Shown: positions 1-18,835 of the stretch, one piece after another
Layout: the number at the start of each line of letters is the position of its first letter
Position numbering within the stretch: position 1 is the first letter of the stretch
Source: the human T2T-CHM13v2.0 reference genome, Homo sapiens
DNA: 64,000 bases
Direction: 5' to 3' (one strand)
Assembly (NCBI RefSeq): GCF_009914755.1
Contig: NC_060933.1
Position numbers and translations under genes: made by a program
The notes under the pieces: model-generated
What the model saw: the letters and a program-made list of their open reading frames with translations, nothing else
What the model was told of the DNA's origin: nothing
Databases searched by the model: none

Positions 1-2640
1 CCTTCTCAAATGCTTCTATAAAATTGAACTGGAGGGAACACTTCGAAATTCATTTTATGAGGCCAGCATTACCCAGATACCAACGTCAGACAAGGATAGT
101 ACAAGAGAAAAAAACTATAGGTCAATATCCCTGATGAACATAGATGGAAAAATCCTCAACAAAATACTAGGAAATTCAATCACATATCAAAACAATCATT
201 CACCATGACCAAGTGAGATTTATCCCAGGGATGCAAGGATGGTTCAATATACACAAATCTATAAATGTGATATACCACATTTACAAAATGAAGTATAAAA
301 ATCATCTGATCATCTCAATAAATGCAGAAAAATCATTTGATAAAATTCAACACTCTTTCATGGTAAAAAAACAGAACTCTTAACAGATTAGGTACAGAAG
401 AAATGGACTTCAACACAATAAAGGTCACATAGCTAACATAGTACTCAACAGTAAAAAATTGAAAGATTTTCCTCTGAGTTCAGGGACAACACAGGGATGC
501 CCACTCTCATCATTTCTTTTCAACATAATACTGGAAGTCCTAGCCAGAGCAATTAGGCAAGAGAAAGAAATAAAAGGCATCCAAATAGAAAAGAAAAAAG
601 TAAAATTTTCTCTGTTTGCTGATGACATGATCATATATATAGAAAATCCCAAAGATTCCACCAAAAAACTGCTAGACCTGATAAACAGATTTAGTAAAGT
701 TGCAGGATACAAAAACAACATATGAAAATTAGTAGCATTTCTAAACACTAATAACAAACTATTCAAAAAGGAAACAATTACATTTACAATAGTAACAAGA
801 AAAAAATTTAAACCTTAGGGGTAAATTTAACCAAGGAGATGAAAGACCTCTGTACTGGAAACTACAAATCACTGATGAAATAATAGGAGGAAACACAAAC
901 AAATGAAAGATATTCCATGTTCATGAAGCTAAAGAATTAATATTGTTTAAAATGCCTATACTACCCAAAATTGTCTATAGATTCAATGTAATCTCTATGA
1001 AAATTCCAATGTCAGCTTTCAGAGAAATGTAAAAAAAAAAAAAATCCTTAAATTCATGTGGAACTACAAAAGAACAAAGCTGGAGACATCACACTCCCTG
1101 ATTTCATAGTATGTTATAAAGCTATTGTAATCAAAACAGCATGGTAATGGCATAAAAACAGACACATCAACCAACGGAAGAGAATAGAAAGACTGTAAAT
1201 AAACCCACACATATACAGTCAATTGATTTTTGACAAAGGTTCCAAGAACACACAATGGAGAAAGGATGACCTCTTCAACAAATGGTGCTGGGAAAACTAG
1301 ATATCCACATGCAAAAGAATAAAATTAGAAACTTATCTGACACCATGAACCAAAAACAACTCAAAATGAATTAAAGACTTAAACATAAAACCTGGAACTG
1401 TAAAACTACTAGACAAAAGCATAGGCAGAAATCTCCACAACATTAGCCTGGGCGCAATGGTTTTTTGGATATGGCCCTGAAAGCTCAGGCCACAAAGGCA
1501 AAAATAGACAAATGTAATTGTATCAAACTAAAAAGCTTTGACACAGCAAAAGAAACAATTAACAAGGTGAAGAGACATCTTTGCAACTATGCAACTATAT
1601 ACCTGATAAAGCTTAATATTTAAAATATATAAGAAACTCAAATAGTGAATTTCTCAATAGTAAGAAAAACAAATAGCCCAATTTAAAAATAGGTAAAGAA
1701 TCTGAATAGGCCCTTCTCAAAAGAAGACATACGAATGGCCAACAGGGCCATGAAGAAAATGCCCAATGTCACTAATTATCAGGGAAATAAAAATTAAAAC
1801 CATAATGAGATATCATGCCACCCTTGTTAGAATGGCTTTTATCAAAAAGAGAAAAGATAACAAGTGTTGGTGAGGATGCTGAGAAAAGGGAACCCATGTA
1901 TGCTGTTGGTGGAAATGTAAATTGGTATAGCCATCATGAAAAAATTGTGTGTAGGTTGCTCAAAAAAGTAAAAGTAGAACTCTGTACAATCCGGTACTCT
2001 CATTTCTGGGAACATATTCAAAGGAATTGAAATCATTGTATCAAAAGGATATCTGTACTCCCATACTCCCAATAGCCAAGATAAGGAATCAACCTGTGTT
2101 CACTAACAGATAAATGAATAAAGATAATGTATGTCCAGACAATGGAATACTATTCAGTCTGTAAAAAGAAGGCAATTCTGTCACTTGAAACAACATGGAT
2201 AAATCTGGAGGACAGTATACTAAGTGAAATAAGCCAGGCACAGAAAAACACGTACCTCGTGATCTCACTTATATATGGAATCTTTAAAAAGTTGAATTCA
2301 TAGCAGTAGAAAGCAGAATGATGGCACCAGAACCTGGGAGTATGGGGATCAAGAGAATGAACGGGGAATTATTGGCCAAAGGGTACAAAGTTTCAGCTAG
2401 ACAGGAACAATAAGTTTTGAGATCTACTACACAGAAGAGTGACTACAGTCAATAACGTATACTTCAAAATAACCAAGGGAAGAAATCTCAAATGTATTGC
2501 CACAAAAAATATCAAGTAAGGTGATGGTTATGTTAACTAGTTTGATTTAATCATTTCACATTATATACATATATCAAAATACCACAATGTACCCCATGAA
2601 TGTATACAGTTATGATTTGTCAATTAAAAATAATACTAAT
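1..2640 (+). mobile_element. L1 (L1MA-type) ORF2 RT/C-terminal region and 3' UTR, degenerate
   Basis: ORF 459-725 translates to the L1 RT motifs GTTQGCPLS...SLFADDMI; many stops and frameshifts; L1MA-like 3' end near 2580-2640. Confidence 0.9.
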
Positions 2641-2849
2641 TTTTTTAAATGAAAAAAACTTCAGAAGAAAACAAAGCATAATGGAAAATAAAAGTGTTGT
2701 GGAGAGGGAGGCTAGATCAAACAAGAACAGCAAATTGTTGAGGCTGGGTGCTAAAAACAAGGAGATTCATTATATTGTCTCATGTTTGTTTGAAAATTTT
2801 CATATTAAAGGTTTACTTTTTAAAGATGAAATGTTAAATAAAATAAATT

Positions 2850-3780
2850 TTAAAATGCTAAAACAATTTAACTTTTGTGCTTCAGTGAACACCATCCAAA
2901 AAGTGAAAAAAACCCACAGAATGGGAGAAAATATTTGCAAATTACACCCCGTTAAGGAAATTGTATACCAAGTATATAAAGAACTCTTACAACTCAATAA
3001 TAAAAGGGCAACCCAGTTTTAAAACAGGCAAAGGATTTGAATAGACAGTCCTCCAAAGATACACAAATGACCAATAAGCACATGAAGAGATGCTCAACTT
3101 CCGTAATCATTGAGGAAATGCAAATCAAAACCACAAGATCCACTTCACATCCACTGGGAAGGCTATAATCAGGCAGATAATAACAAGTATTGTCAAGGAT
3201 GTGGAGTGATTGGAACCCTAATACACTGTTGATGGGAATGTAAAATGGTGTGGCTGCTTTGAGAAAATGTGTGGCACTTCCCCAAAAGGTTAAACACAGA
3301 CTTACCATATGATTCAATAATTCCATTCCTAGGTATATGTCCAACAAAAGCAAAAATGTATGTCCACACAAAAATTTGTATACAAATGTTCATAGAAGCA
3401 TTCAAAATAGCCACACACAAAAAGTGGAAACAACCCAAATGTTCGTCAGCGGATTAATGAATAAATAAAATGTGGCATATTCATACAATAGCATATTATT
3501 TTGCAATAAAAAAATGAAGTGTGTAGTTATGCTAAGTGAAAGAAATTAATCCCAAAAGACCACATAGTGTATGAATTCTTTTATGTGAAATGTCCAAAAT
3601 AGCCGGCAGAGTGGTTGGGGAGAAATGGGGAGTGATGGGTACATGGTTTCATGTTAGAATGATGAAAATGTTCTAAACTTGATGGCAGCGATGCTTGCGT
3701 AACTCTGTGAATATACTAAAACCATTGAATTATACACTGTTAATTGTATGATATAAGAATTATACCTCAAAAGGTTGTCA
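2850..3780 (+). mobile_element. Older L1 (L1MB/ME-type) ORF2 end and 3' UTR
   Basis: WKQPKCSS-type C-terminal remnant (ORF 3269-3457) followed by L1M 3' UTR. Confidence 0.8.
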
Positions 3781-3801
3781 TAAGTAATAAAAAGTAATCT
3801 C

Positions 3802-3962
3802 TTTTTTTTTCTTTAGAGACAGGATCTCACTCTGTCACCCCAGCTGGAGTACAGTGGCACAATCATAGCCCATAAAGACTGGAACTCCTGGGCTCAAGTG
3901 ATCCTCCCACCTCAACCTCCCAAAGCCCTGGGATTGCAGGTATGAGTCACTGCATCCAGCCG
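3802..3962 (-). mobile_element. Partial Alu (J/monomer-like)
   Basis: poly-T then agagacaggatctcactctgtcaccc...gagtcactgcatccagcc. Confidence 0.85.
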
Positions 3963-5321
3963 AAAAGCAATATCTTAATCAAGTCTTGAGAAATACCCAG
4001 ATCAGAAAATGTTGCAATTGGAAGAATTCCAGGTTTAGTGAAAAGATATTCAGTGGATTTTCAAGAGAACTTCCAATTCTTAAATTTAGTTCATTAAAGT
4101 GATACTATTTAGTTTAAAAGGATTTAGAGTATATTTGCTCTTAAACTTGATTTATTAGGGAACCTAGTATCTGTTTTACTGTGGATAATTTAATAAAGAG
4201 TGGTCTTTTTATTTTAAATTCTTGGGGTAAGAAAAGGTAGTAACTCCCATTATATTGGAATAATTTCAAATCACCAACTTGCACATACAACAGTGTGCTC
4301 TAACTACAATCTTGGATGAGGTATAAAACTCTCCATAGCAGAATCTGTTAACCTAAACAAGCAAAAACATAACAAAAAGTTACTCACTTTGTATGTCCTT
4401 GGTAATAAGTTTAATGCAAATTTAGAAGAAAAATGAAATATTGGTGAGATGCTATATTTTTACTTCAAAGCCCTGGAATTAGCATTTGGAGAGGTTCCCA
4501 AACATTATTTATGGTGTCAGTGACTCTGTTCTCAAATTGAAGTACCATTTTTGACCTAGATTTGAGATCAGGTACAATTAATGAAGCACCTGGGGAAATT
4601 TTTCAAACAGATCCAGATAATCAGTTTCAAGTTGTAAGAGACGTTGCAATTTGGGATCGATAAGCCTATAGCCTCTTGAACATGGAGCACGTCTCACTCA
4701 TAATGAATCAATGTTTTAAAAACTGAACTTATTCCACTAAACACAAGTCCTCTCCAGATGATATTTAAGATCTTCACCAACCATGACTTACAACTCATTT
4801 CCAGAGCCAAGAGTAATATTTTCCATCCCAAATTATTCCATAGCTTTCCAATCTCTTCTATTTTTGAGAATTCGCTTTAGAGAAACTATTATTTCTTATT
4901 TTTACTGGCTTTTCTGCACAAAAATTTGTCCTGGTAAAAATTTAAGTTGCTTCAAAAAAATAACATGCTGACTACATTTCATTTTGGAAAACTTCAGTGT
5001 TAAGAACATCTCGCTACTCACACTTGATTCCCCTCAACATAGAACCAGACATGTCCCATTCCTGCCAGCAGAGGGAGGGGTAGAAGCCCTTTCTAGCAAT
5101 ACCATCAGCAATTTGTAATGCAAAAGCCTTCCCCCTGCCAGCCCCATTTTCTCACAATACCGTACTAGCCACATTTCTATTATATTTTTTCCAAAGGAAA
5201 GTACATATTTACCATTTTACTCAAAGTATAATTAAAATTACATTACCAGATCCATCAGACACACTTCAATTTACATCTTGCTTTAGATATAATCTAAATT
5301 AGATATAATCCCTTGCATTAG

Positions 5322-5622
<301 letters not shown>

Positions 5623-5778
5623 AGTGGAAACTCTTTCTTGTCTTCCCTGAACCCACCTGATCCTGGTTTTCCTCCTGCCTCTCTGGCCTTGCCTCTTCAG
5701 CCTCCTTCGATAGTGATTCCTCTTCTGCCTGACTTCCAAGTGTTTGGCTCCACAGGCTCTGTTTAAAATAAGTCTCTT

Positions 5779-6082
<304 letters not shown>

Positions 6083-7099
6083 TTATCTCCTCCTCCTCCT
6101 CCTCCTTGTCTTACTCCTCTTTTCCCTGTCTCAGTCAGGAGCATTTTAACTTCTTATATTCCCTCCACATCCAATCAGCCTCCTTCCTAGCCTTCACTCT
6201 TTCATCCCCGTTAATTTTAGAGTGAGGAAGTCCAGCGAAGGGGGTGTTGGTATTGTCACTCCATCTCTCACCTCCCCTTTCAGCCACTCATCTTCTTCCA
6301 TAAAGAACTTTGTCATGGACAGAAAGTTTTGTTTCTTGAAACCTGTGTCTTATGAGATTTCAAGCAAATTTCACTTTGCTTTTAAAATTGTGCCACACCT
6401 CTTGTAATTCTCCTTGAGAAACAATAAGAGGAAGAGCCAGCACTCCTCTCAGGGAATAAGGCAGGCTCAGGAGCCCAAATGCCTGGGTTCTAGTCCAGAT
6501 TCTGCACTCATTGCTGTGGGACTTGATCTCTCTGTGCAACAGCTGTCTGATCCGTGAAATGGATCGATAATAGGACAAATGAGGTGTCACGCAGTGTTAG
6601 CTCTATTCATTATAATAGACTTCTATTATTGAATTAAGTAAATAAAGCCTCACAGGGGCTTGAAAGACATGAAAGACAGAGGCAGGGAACAAGAATAAAG
6701 CATTTCAATTCACCTTTCGTTTAAGTCTGAGGTTTCTTAAACTAGAGCCTCATTAAAACCTTAGGAACATCACTTCTCTCATTTGGAGCCTCTCGGGGAG
6801 ACTGGCAAACCCTGAGTCCTGCTATGTCTGGGTTGTAAACTTTGTGGGCGGTGGCAGCAGCCTGGAAGACACAGCAGGATTGTGAGGGAGCCAGGAAACC
6901 TCCAGGGCAGCCCTGCAGGATGCCACCGCCAGAGCTCAGCCTCATTCCATATGAAATGGAGCCCACTCAGCCAGGAGGAACAAGGTGCTTCCTGCAGCAA
7001 AGCGAGCAGCCAGGACCAAAGGCTTAAGGATCCAAAGAACCCAACCAGTAAGGGGGCAGTCTTGGAAGAAACTCTATATATAATGCAGTAATAGAAACT

Positions 7100-7540
7100 C
7101 TTATTTGCCTAATCTGACATTCATTGTTTCTTCCTCTCTATTCACAGAATCCCGCTTTTTACCTGGGCACATTGCTACCTATAAAGAGTGCATTTCCCAG
7201 GATCCTTTGGAGTTGGCTGTGGCTATGCATCTAAATTTTGACCAATGGAGTGTAAGCAGCATTGAGCTTATACTCACCTCTCTTCTTCCTTCCTGCTGCC
7301 TGGAATACAGACTTGATGGCTGGAGCTCCAAGCAGCCATCTTGGGCCAAGAAACGCTATGTAGAGAGGCAGAGAGACAGGAGCGTGAGTCTCCTATGATT
7401 ATGTGCAACTACCATCCACAGAACTTTCTACTTTCAGAGCTCTTTATGCAAGTTAGAAATAAACTTCCAACTTATCTAAGCTATTGTTATTTTTTGGTTT
7501 TCTGATACATGCACACAAATGTAATCCCAAACAATAGAGA
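7100..7540 (+). mobile_element. MLT1-type MaLR LTR (old)
   Basis: gtggctatgcatctaaattttgaccaatggagtgtaagcag and the aataaacttcc...aagctattgttatttt 3' end typical of MLT1H-J. Confidence 0.65.
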
Positions 7541-7834
7541 AATTCCACACAAGTATTATCTAATTAGATTTTTTTTAAGTTTATGAGTGCACAGCATAAT
7601 CAGGGAAACTAAATACTTCAGGTTGGCTCCTTAGAAAGGGCTAATGAATATCCCAAGTGGAAAATAAGAGATAAACAGGAACCTTACCTAATGATAAAAG
7701 AATAATGTCCACAGGAAGATTTTTTTAATCTTAAATTTGTATGCACTTAATATGACAGCTTCAAATTATGTAAAGCAAAAGCAACCAAACTGAAAAGAAA
7801 GAGAAACAAATCCACAATCAAAGTTGGAGATTTT

Positions 7835-8116
7835 GGCTGGGTGCGGTGGCTCACGACTGTAATCCCAACACTTTGGGAGGCCAAGATGTGTGGATCACTT
7901 GAGGTCAGAAGTTTGAGACCAGCCTGGCCAACAGAGTGAAACCCAATCTCTACTAAATATACAAAAATTAGCCGGGTGTGGTGGTATGTGTGTACCTGTA
8001 ATCCCAGCGACTCAGGAGCCTGAGGCAGGAGAATCACTTGCACCTGGGAGGCAGAGGTTGCGGTGAGCCAAGATCATGCCACTGGACTCTAACCTGTGCA
8101 AAAAAAAAAAAAAAAA
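7835..8116 (+). mobile_element. AluS
   Basis: Full dimer with poly-A; TSD aaagttggagatttt on both sides. Confidence 0.92.
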
Positions 8117-8579
8117 GTTGGAGATTTTAACAACCTCTCCCCTCTTAGTAAAATAACTGTTATGGGCTGAATTGTGCCCCCCTACCAAAATTCATCTGTT
8201 GAAGTCCTAACCCCCACTCAGTCCCGCGGGGAAAACTTCTCAGGCCACAGAGGCAGGAAGGGATGTGCTCTCCTGAGAAGCCTTTTTGGGTTTACCTTAC
8301 AACAAATTATTATGTTTTCCCTTCTGCCCTAGCTGCTAGGGAACCTGCAGCCACAGCAACTTAAGAGGGCTATTGAAATGTGCTCTGTGCCCTAACCCTA
8401 CCCCTGGGCTTCATCTTATTTTCCTCACTGTGCTTTCTTTTATCCCATTTTCTCAACTATTTTGTCTTCTTATACATATCCTTGGAAGCTGCCACAAGTC
8501 CTCTTTTAGGATCTATATAAGGCATAAATAATTAAGAAGGGATATGGATGAGGGAGGCAGCCCAATGAGATAAAGAGTG

Positions 8580-9712
<1,133 letters not shown>

Positions 9713-10372
9713 TAAAGTAAAGGCAAGAAAGACAAGCTTATTTTTTCACAATTTTTGCCCAGCGTACATCCTGATGTCAAGTTGAAAGGAGCTGGTGGTT
9801 TCATTTGGAATCTGTCCCATCCCCACCCTAGCCTTTCAGGAGAAGTAGGGAGTATTTTACATCCAACCAGTGAGAGTAAAAATAATCACCTAGCTTGGAG
9901 GTAAACAAATATTCAGGATTTGAACAAAGAATACTTTCACTTGGATAAGTATTCTTAGGTATTCTTTTTCCTAAGTAGGATTGCCCCAAAACTGTAATTG
10001 TTCATCTTGAATATGTAATCAGAACCACATTTGTGAGACAGAATTTTTTTTCTTTCAACTTCTCTCTCAACATCTACTCCCTTGTTCTAATCTGCTTATG
10101 ACAATGTACCTCCCACACGCAACTAAAAAAGCAAAAATGTCAAGTGAAGTGTTTTATGTTAAGGATCCAGATTACTGAACAGACTGTGTCACTAAAGCAT
10201 GTTAATAGTGTAAGCAGAGGGAAATATAGGTTAGTGAGTCAACTCTTTTCTAGTTCATCAGAGGCCAAGCAATCTTTTCAAATGATTGATGTTTTGTTCA
10301 GTCTTGGCTAAGTGATTCTTCCTTTCCCTTCCAACCTAAAGGCCATGCTAATGGGAGGTTCCCATGCCATGG

Positions 10373-11817
<1,445 letters not shown>

Positions 11818-12106
11818 TTAAAACAAAGATAAGTTTCATTCGGATGTCTGCTTTTAATGTCATATGATAAAATCTGGAGTTAAATCAAGAAACAAAATTG
11901 AGGATAAATGTATAAAGTGAGTTTTCTGTCAAATTAAAAAGTGAAGAATGGCTTGCTACATCCAGCATACATCACCTCACACCCAAGTGTAAGAACTGAG
12001 TTAAATTTAAATGGTGATCACTTAATGACTTGCCCTATGACCCTGGGAAACCCTCTGACTTCCATCTTATTTTTCCCACCCATAAAATTATTATAAACAA
12101 GACATA

Positions 12107-12401
<295 letters not shown>

Positions 12402-12831
12402 AAATAAGATGTACTTCTGATTCAAGACATCCATTGCTGTTTAAAGGACAGATGCACCAGGAACTCTCAAAAGCCTTGAAGTAGCCATGCAATAGACTGG
12501 CAGGCTGGGAAGAACCTCATTAAGCAGTTCTACAACCATGGCAGTCAAGAGGTCTTCTCCATTTTGGCCCATGGTGGGGAAAGATTCCATTCCATTCATG
12601 TGGGGCTGTGTTCCCACAAATGGTCCACATACACAGGTGGTCTCCAAAGGTCTATCAAGCAGTGTTTGATAGCTCAGCTATTTCAGGGGCAAATGTGATC
12701 AAATAATTTTGTTTACATAGATCTTAGAAATTTGAAATGGAATATTAAATTATCTTAATTTTCACAGACATCATATTACATCCTTAATAGTCATTAAGGA
12801 TGACTTTTTCTACATTTATAAAAGCTCTACG

Positions 12832-13158
<327 letters not shown>

Positions 13159-14223
13159 TTATCTTGGAGTATTTTTACCTCACCAGCACATTACTATTAA
13201 TGGAATATGGTAATATCTAAAATGGTGGCTAGGATGGGAATAGACTTTAAGATTAAATAATCATCATCTAATACCACCAGCACTTCTGTAGCTTTTTGCA
13301 GTTTACAATTGCTTTCACCTTCATTTTAAGCAAACCATGAGAGAGACAGAGCAAGTATTCTCCAATTATTAAGAAGCAACTAAGCTCTAAAAGTTTAAGT
13401 GATATGTTTCCCAAGAAGAGATAGCTTCTGATGTATTAATAGTAACTCTATTAAAATTTGGAATATAATTTCAGGAGAGACAGAGAAGCTTTAATTCTTT
13501 TTTGCAAAAATCCATGATCAAGAGAAATTTGTTTTTAATTGTTTTTATTTTGTACTGATGATGAGGGACTGAATTCATTAAGCAGATATCAAAAAATGTT
13601 TTTTGTTTTATTAACATTCTGTTAATAATTCAGAACATTCTGTTTCTGAATTATTTCAAGCATAAAAACTTCTATTTATTTTCAAAAAAAGTATTATTCC
13701 ATGATACTAATAGTTCAGAGTAAAGATAGTTTTTCTTATTTCAGTTGGGCCTGCTCCATGGATCTCAAATGAACTGTCTTACGTATTCATTCAGAGCCAA
13801 AATTTGTCAAGTTGTAATATGAGAAAAGGATATCAGGACATCATAAGAAGAGTGGCCTGTTGTGCAAACATCAGGTCGTGGGTTGGCTCTTTCTTAAAAG
13901 TTGATGGTTTTCTTCATTGTTTCAAGAATAAAATCAACACGTGTTGTTGGGCATATTTTTACATCATATGCAAATGCTGGAAATGTTAAGAATGACTTTC
14001 CAGGGCTGAATGAAGCCAGACTGTAGTAGGAATCCTTCTCCTTCACAACATCTGTGTGATGCTGGCTGATTTAGCATCTGATGGAGCACTGAACACACTC
14101 ACCAGTGAGCTATGCCCATCATTTCTGTAAATGCCAGCACCATCTGACGGAGCTCTTCAATGCTTGCTGCAGTTTCTCATGACTTAACATTGTGATTTGG
14201 TATTCTCAAAATTAGTAGAAGTA

Positions 14224-14592
<369 letters not shown>

Positions 14593-14736
14593 CTATACAT
14601 AGACACTCTGTGAATGATTCCAAACAATATCAACCCTCCCACTAATATGAAACCATTATCATTTTTATGGTCAATTTTTTTATTCTGCTTTATTGTTATT
14701 ATTTTAATATTTGTGACATATTTTGTAATTAACTGA

Positions 14737-15034
14737 ATTTTTTTTTTTTTTGAGACAGTCTCACTCTGCCACCCAGGCTGGAGTGCAGTGGCACGACCTC
14801 GGCTCACTGTAACTTCCGCCTCCTGGTTGGTTCAAGTAATTCTCCTGCCTCAGCCTCCTGAGTAGCTGGAATTACAGGAGTGCACCACCACGCCCAGCTA
14901 ATTTTTGTATTTTTAGTAGAGATGGGGTTTTGCCATGTTGGCCAGGCTGGTCTCAATCTCCTGGCCTCAAGTGATTTGCCCACCTCAGCCTCCCAAACTG
15001 CTTGGATTACAGGTGTAAGCCACCATGCCCGGGC
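14737..15034 (-). mobile_element. AluS
   Basis: Antisense dimer; flanks aactgaa. Confidence 0.92.
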
Positions 15035-15385
15035 AACTGAAAGATTTTTATCCACATGTTTCTTCAAACTTTTGTATGAAGGGCCTACAGTGAGAACAAA
15101 ACTGAGAAATACTATATAGGGGTTTGCAAACTGGGTCATAGGGAACACTCATTTTTCCATGAGATGGACCAACATGTTTTGCACTAAAATACTACAATGG
15201 CAATTCATATTTTACAAATCCACAGAATAATATGTTTCTAGACAGAATTTTCTCAAGATGTTTTTCTTCCATACATTTTCTAAGTTTTTTGATACCTGCC
15301 AATCTTGTCTGCAAATGAGCATCACCAGTAAATGATTAAAACAATAAGCTGATAACAAAATAATATTTCCTGAATATTTTAATAA

Positions 15386-15711
<326 letters not shown>

Positions 15712-15861
15712 GATATAAAACATTTTTCTCTGGTAAAATTATTCCTAGTTGACATGACAAAATAAATGTCAATATATTTCAGTATATTCTATAAAAATGC
15801 CATGGCTTATAGTTTCATTTTAAAAAATTATTCTAGAAATTATGTTAGGTAAAAATCTTAA

Positions 15862-16252
<391 letters not shown>

Positions 16253-16934
16253 GAGGTTTTTATAATTCAGTGAGAAAAAAATGAACCAACAGAAAAAATG
16301 GAGAAGGATATGAATAGGTATTACTACCCAGCTACAAATACACAAGTCTTCGGTGATTCCTGTAACAGAAAATAGTGAACTCGACAGAGCAATAGTGATG
16401 GCTCCTTAGAGTCTTTCATGGCTTATGGTAAATATCTACTGAGCCCATTCAATTCCTTCTCACTCTAAATCCATGTCCACCAAGCAATCTTCTGATTGAT
16501 AAATTGTTAAATTGTTTTCTCAGGTTTTTGGAGCCTGAAATGAGATGGGTTGGATTGTAAATCGCAAATGCATAAATTATCTCTGAGACTTATACATCGA
16601 TCTTATATTAAAATAAAATTACACTGTATAGATATTTTTAGACAACAAAATACTTTTATCTATTGTGAGTCTGGTTTTGAATCACTTCTCTAGGCCTGAA
16701 CAACACTAGATAGGCTGATAGAAATCAAGTTTATAGACTTGCAAAGCCAAGAATCAAAACTTTTACATGCTGACTACAAATATATAAAAACCACTAACCA
16801 TTAAAAAATGACTGATACATTGGACTTCATTGCAATTATATGTACAAGACATATACGAGAATGTTTATAGCAGCATTGTTTTCATTAAAACCCCAAACTA
16901 GAAGCATCTGAAATGTCCATCAAGAGTAAAATGG

Positions 16935-17611
<677 letters not shown>

Positions 17612-17968
17612 TCACAGCAACAAGGACGATGTAATGTTGATCAAAAGACAGTAATCTCTAAAGATTTCATTTGTATATTTCCCCCAAAACAGGCAAAAAT
17701 TAATCTGCTATAGGGCAGAATAGTGGCAATCTTTTGGGAGGTGTCAGCTTGGAGAGGGGGCATAGGCAGCCATTGGAGGCCTAGAAAGGTGCTATGTGAT
17801 GATCTGAGTAGTGGTTAGGGCTACATCCACATATAGATTTTCATTGAGCTGTACCCTTTAGATGTGTGTTTATATAATTTATACCTCAATAAAAGAAATT
17901 TTTAGTTTTTAAAAACTTTGAACACCTGGAATAAGGAGTTATATTGTCCATAATCATTTACCTAGTAA

Positions 17969-18313
17969 TTTTTTTTTGCTCAGTTTCCACAGAGGTGGAG
18001 GTTGCAATGAGCCAAGATCACACTACTACACTCCAGCCTGGGCAAGAGAGTGAGACGCTGTCTCAAAAAAAAAAAAACAAAAAAAAAAACCTATTTTGGA
18101 AGAAAATACCTATTAAGAAGCTTGTTGAGGAAGAGAACGTAAAGACATGAATCAGGAGTCAAGGCAACCAAAGACTATTTTGCCAAGTCAAAAATTGCCA
18201 ATGCCAACTATATGCCAAATCATCCTGGTAAGGTATTGGGAATAGTTTTCAATTATCAATAATCGTGCCTCAGACAAACCTCACTGGCTATGATACTGCC
18301 ACTGCACAAAGTT
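17969..18313 (-). pseudogene. U4 snRNA processed pseudogene (RNU4-P type), interrupted by an insertion
   Basis: Reverse complement of 18187-18313 (aactttgtgcagtggcagtatcatagccagtgaggtttgtctgaggcacgattattgataattgaaaactattcccaatacc...ggcattggcaatttttgac) matches U4 from the 5' end through the Sm site. U4 3' end (ctctgtggaaactg) is at 17981-17994, poly-A at 17969-17977, TSD t(a/g)cctagtaa at 17959-17968 and 18314-18323. Confidence 0.92.
17992..18177 (+). repeat. Local duplicate of 19855-20031 (Alu 3' end + 87 bp unique flank)
   Basis: 18091-18177 vs 19945-20031 differ at 5 of 87 positions by hand alignment. Confidence 0.95.
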
Positions 18314-18485
18314 TGCCTAGTAAGTTTCATGTGCGCATTCACTAATGTAGAAAGTTTTGGAGATTAAGCAACTAATCATAATTATATAGTGATGTTCTGC
18401 TGGGAAAACCTTGAGACTGTGAAGAGAAATGCCTCCTTTGTGTATGTTAGTGTATGGTTTAGCAGGAGAAAATTTCTAGTGAGAT

Positions 18486-18539
18486 GCCAATAGTCCAATC
18501 CTGCTTATATAGGCCAGTAGTCCAATCCTGCTTATATAG
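18486..18539. repeat. 27-bp tandem duplication
   Basis: gcca(a/g)tagtccaatcctgcttatatag x2. Confidence 0.95.
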
Positions 18540-18816
18540 GAGCTACAACTTGTCTGGGAGGTGTTGGACAATGAACGTGAAGCCAAAGGGAGATAAAGAA
18601 GCCAAAGGGGTGAGCCATGTTGTCTCCAAGAAAGAATGGACTCCACGGACTTTCCCAACCTTTCTCCTTCCAGGAAGCCAAAGCTCTGGAGGGAGGGGCT
18701 GCAGAGGCAGGTGCCTACCCAGAGGCACATCTTCCAAGTACCAGGGGACTCAGAGACCTGGGGGGATTCTCAGGAACCTGAGAGTGAAGAGGGCTAGCCA
18801 GGGAAAGGTTGGAATT

Positions 18817-18835
18817 TGGCGCCCCCTACAGGACA
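18817..18835 (-). promoter_or_regulatory. Candidate CTCF site
   Basis: Reverse complement tcctgtagggggcgcca is close to the CTCF core CCAGYAGRKGGCRC; CpG retained. Confidence 0.5.

Noticed and set aside
4352-4388. Minus-strand GT...AG pair suggesting a gene relic
   Set aside because: The implied intron of ~35 nt is too short, and the flanking frames contain stops.
5047-5077. p53 half-site AGACATGTCC and CTCF-like ccagcagagggag
   Set aside because: Only a single half-site, and a mismatch at a key CTCF core base; expected by chance.
9750-10140. Minus-strand peptide fragments vaguely like ABCA or cadherin-like motifs
   Set aside because: Too short, in different frames and interrupted by stops; no consistent homology.
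18187-18313. Functional U4 snRNA gene
   Set aside because: CpG-decayed, interrupted near the 3' stem, has poly-A and a TSD, and no snRNA promoter was recognised.
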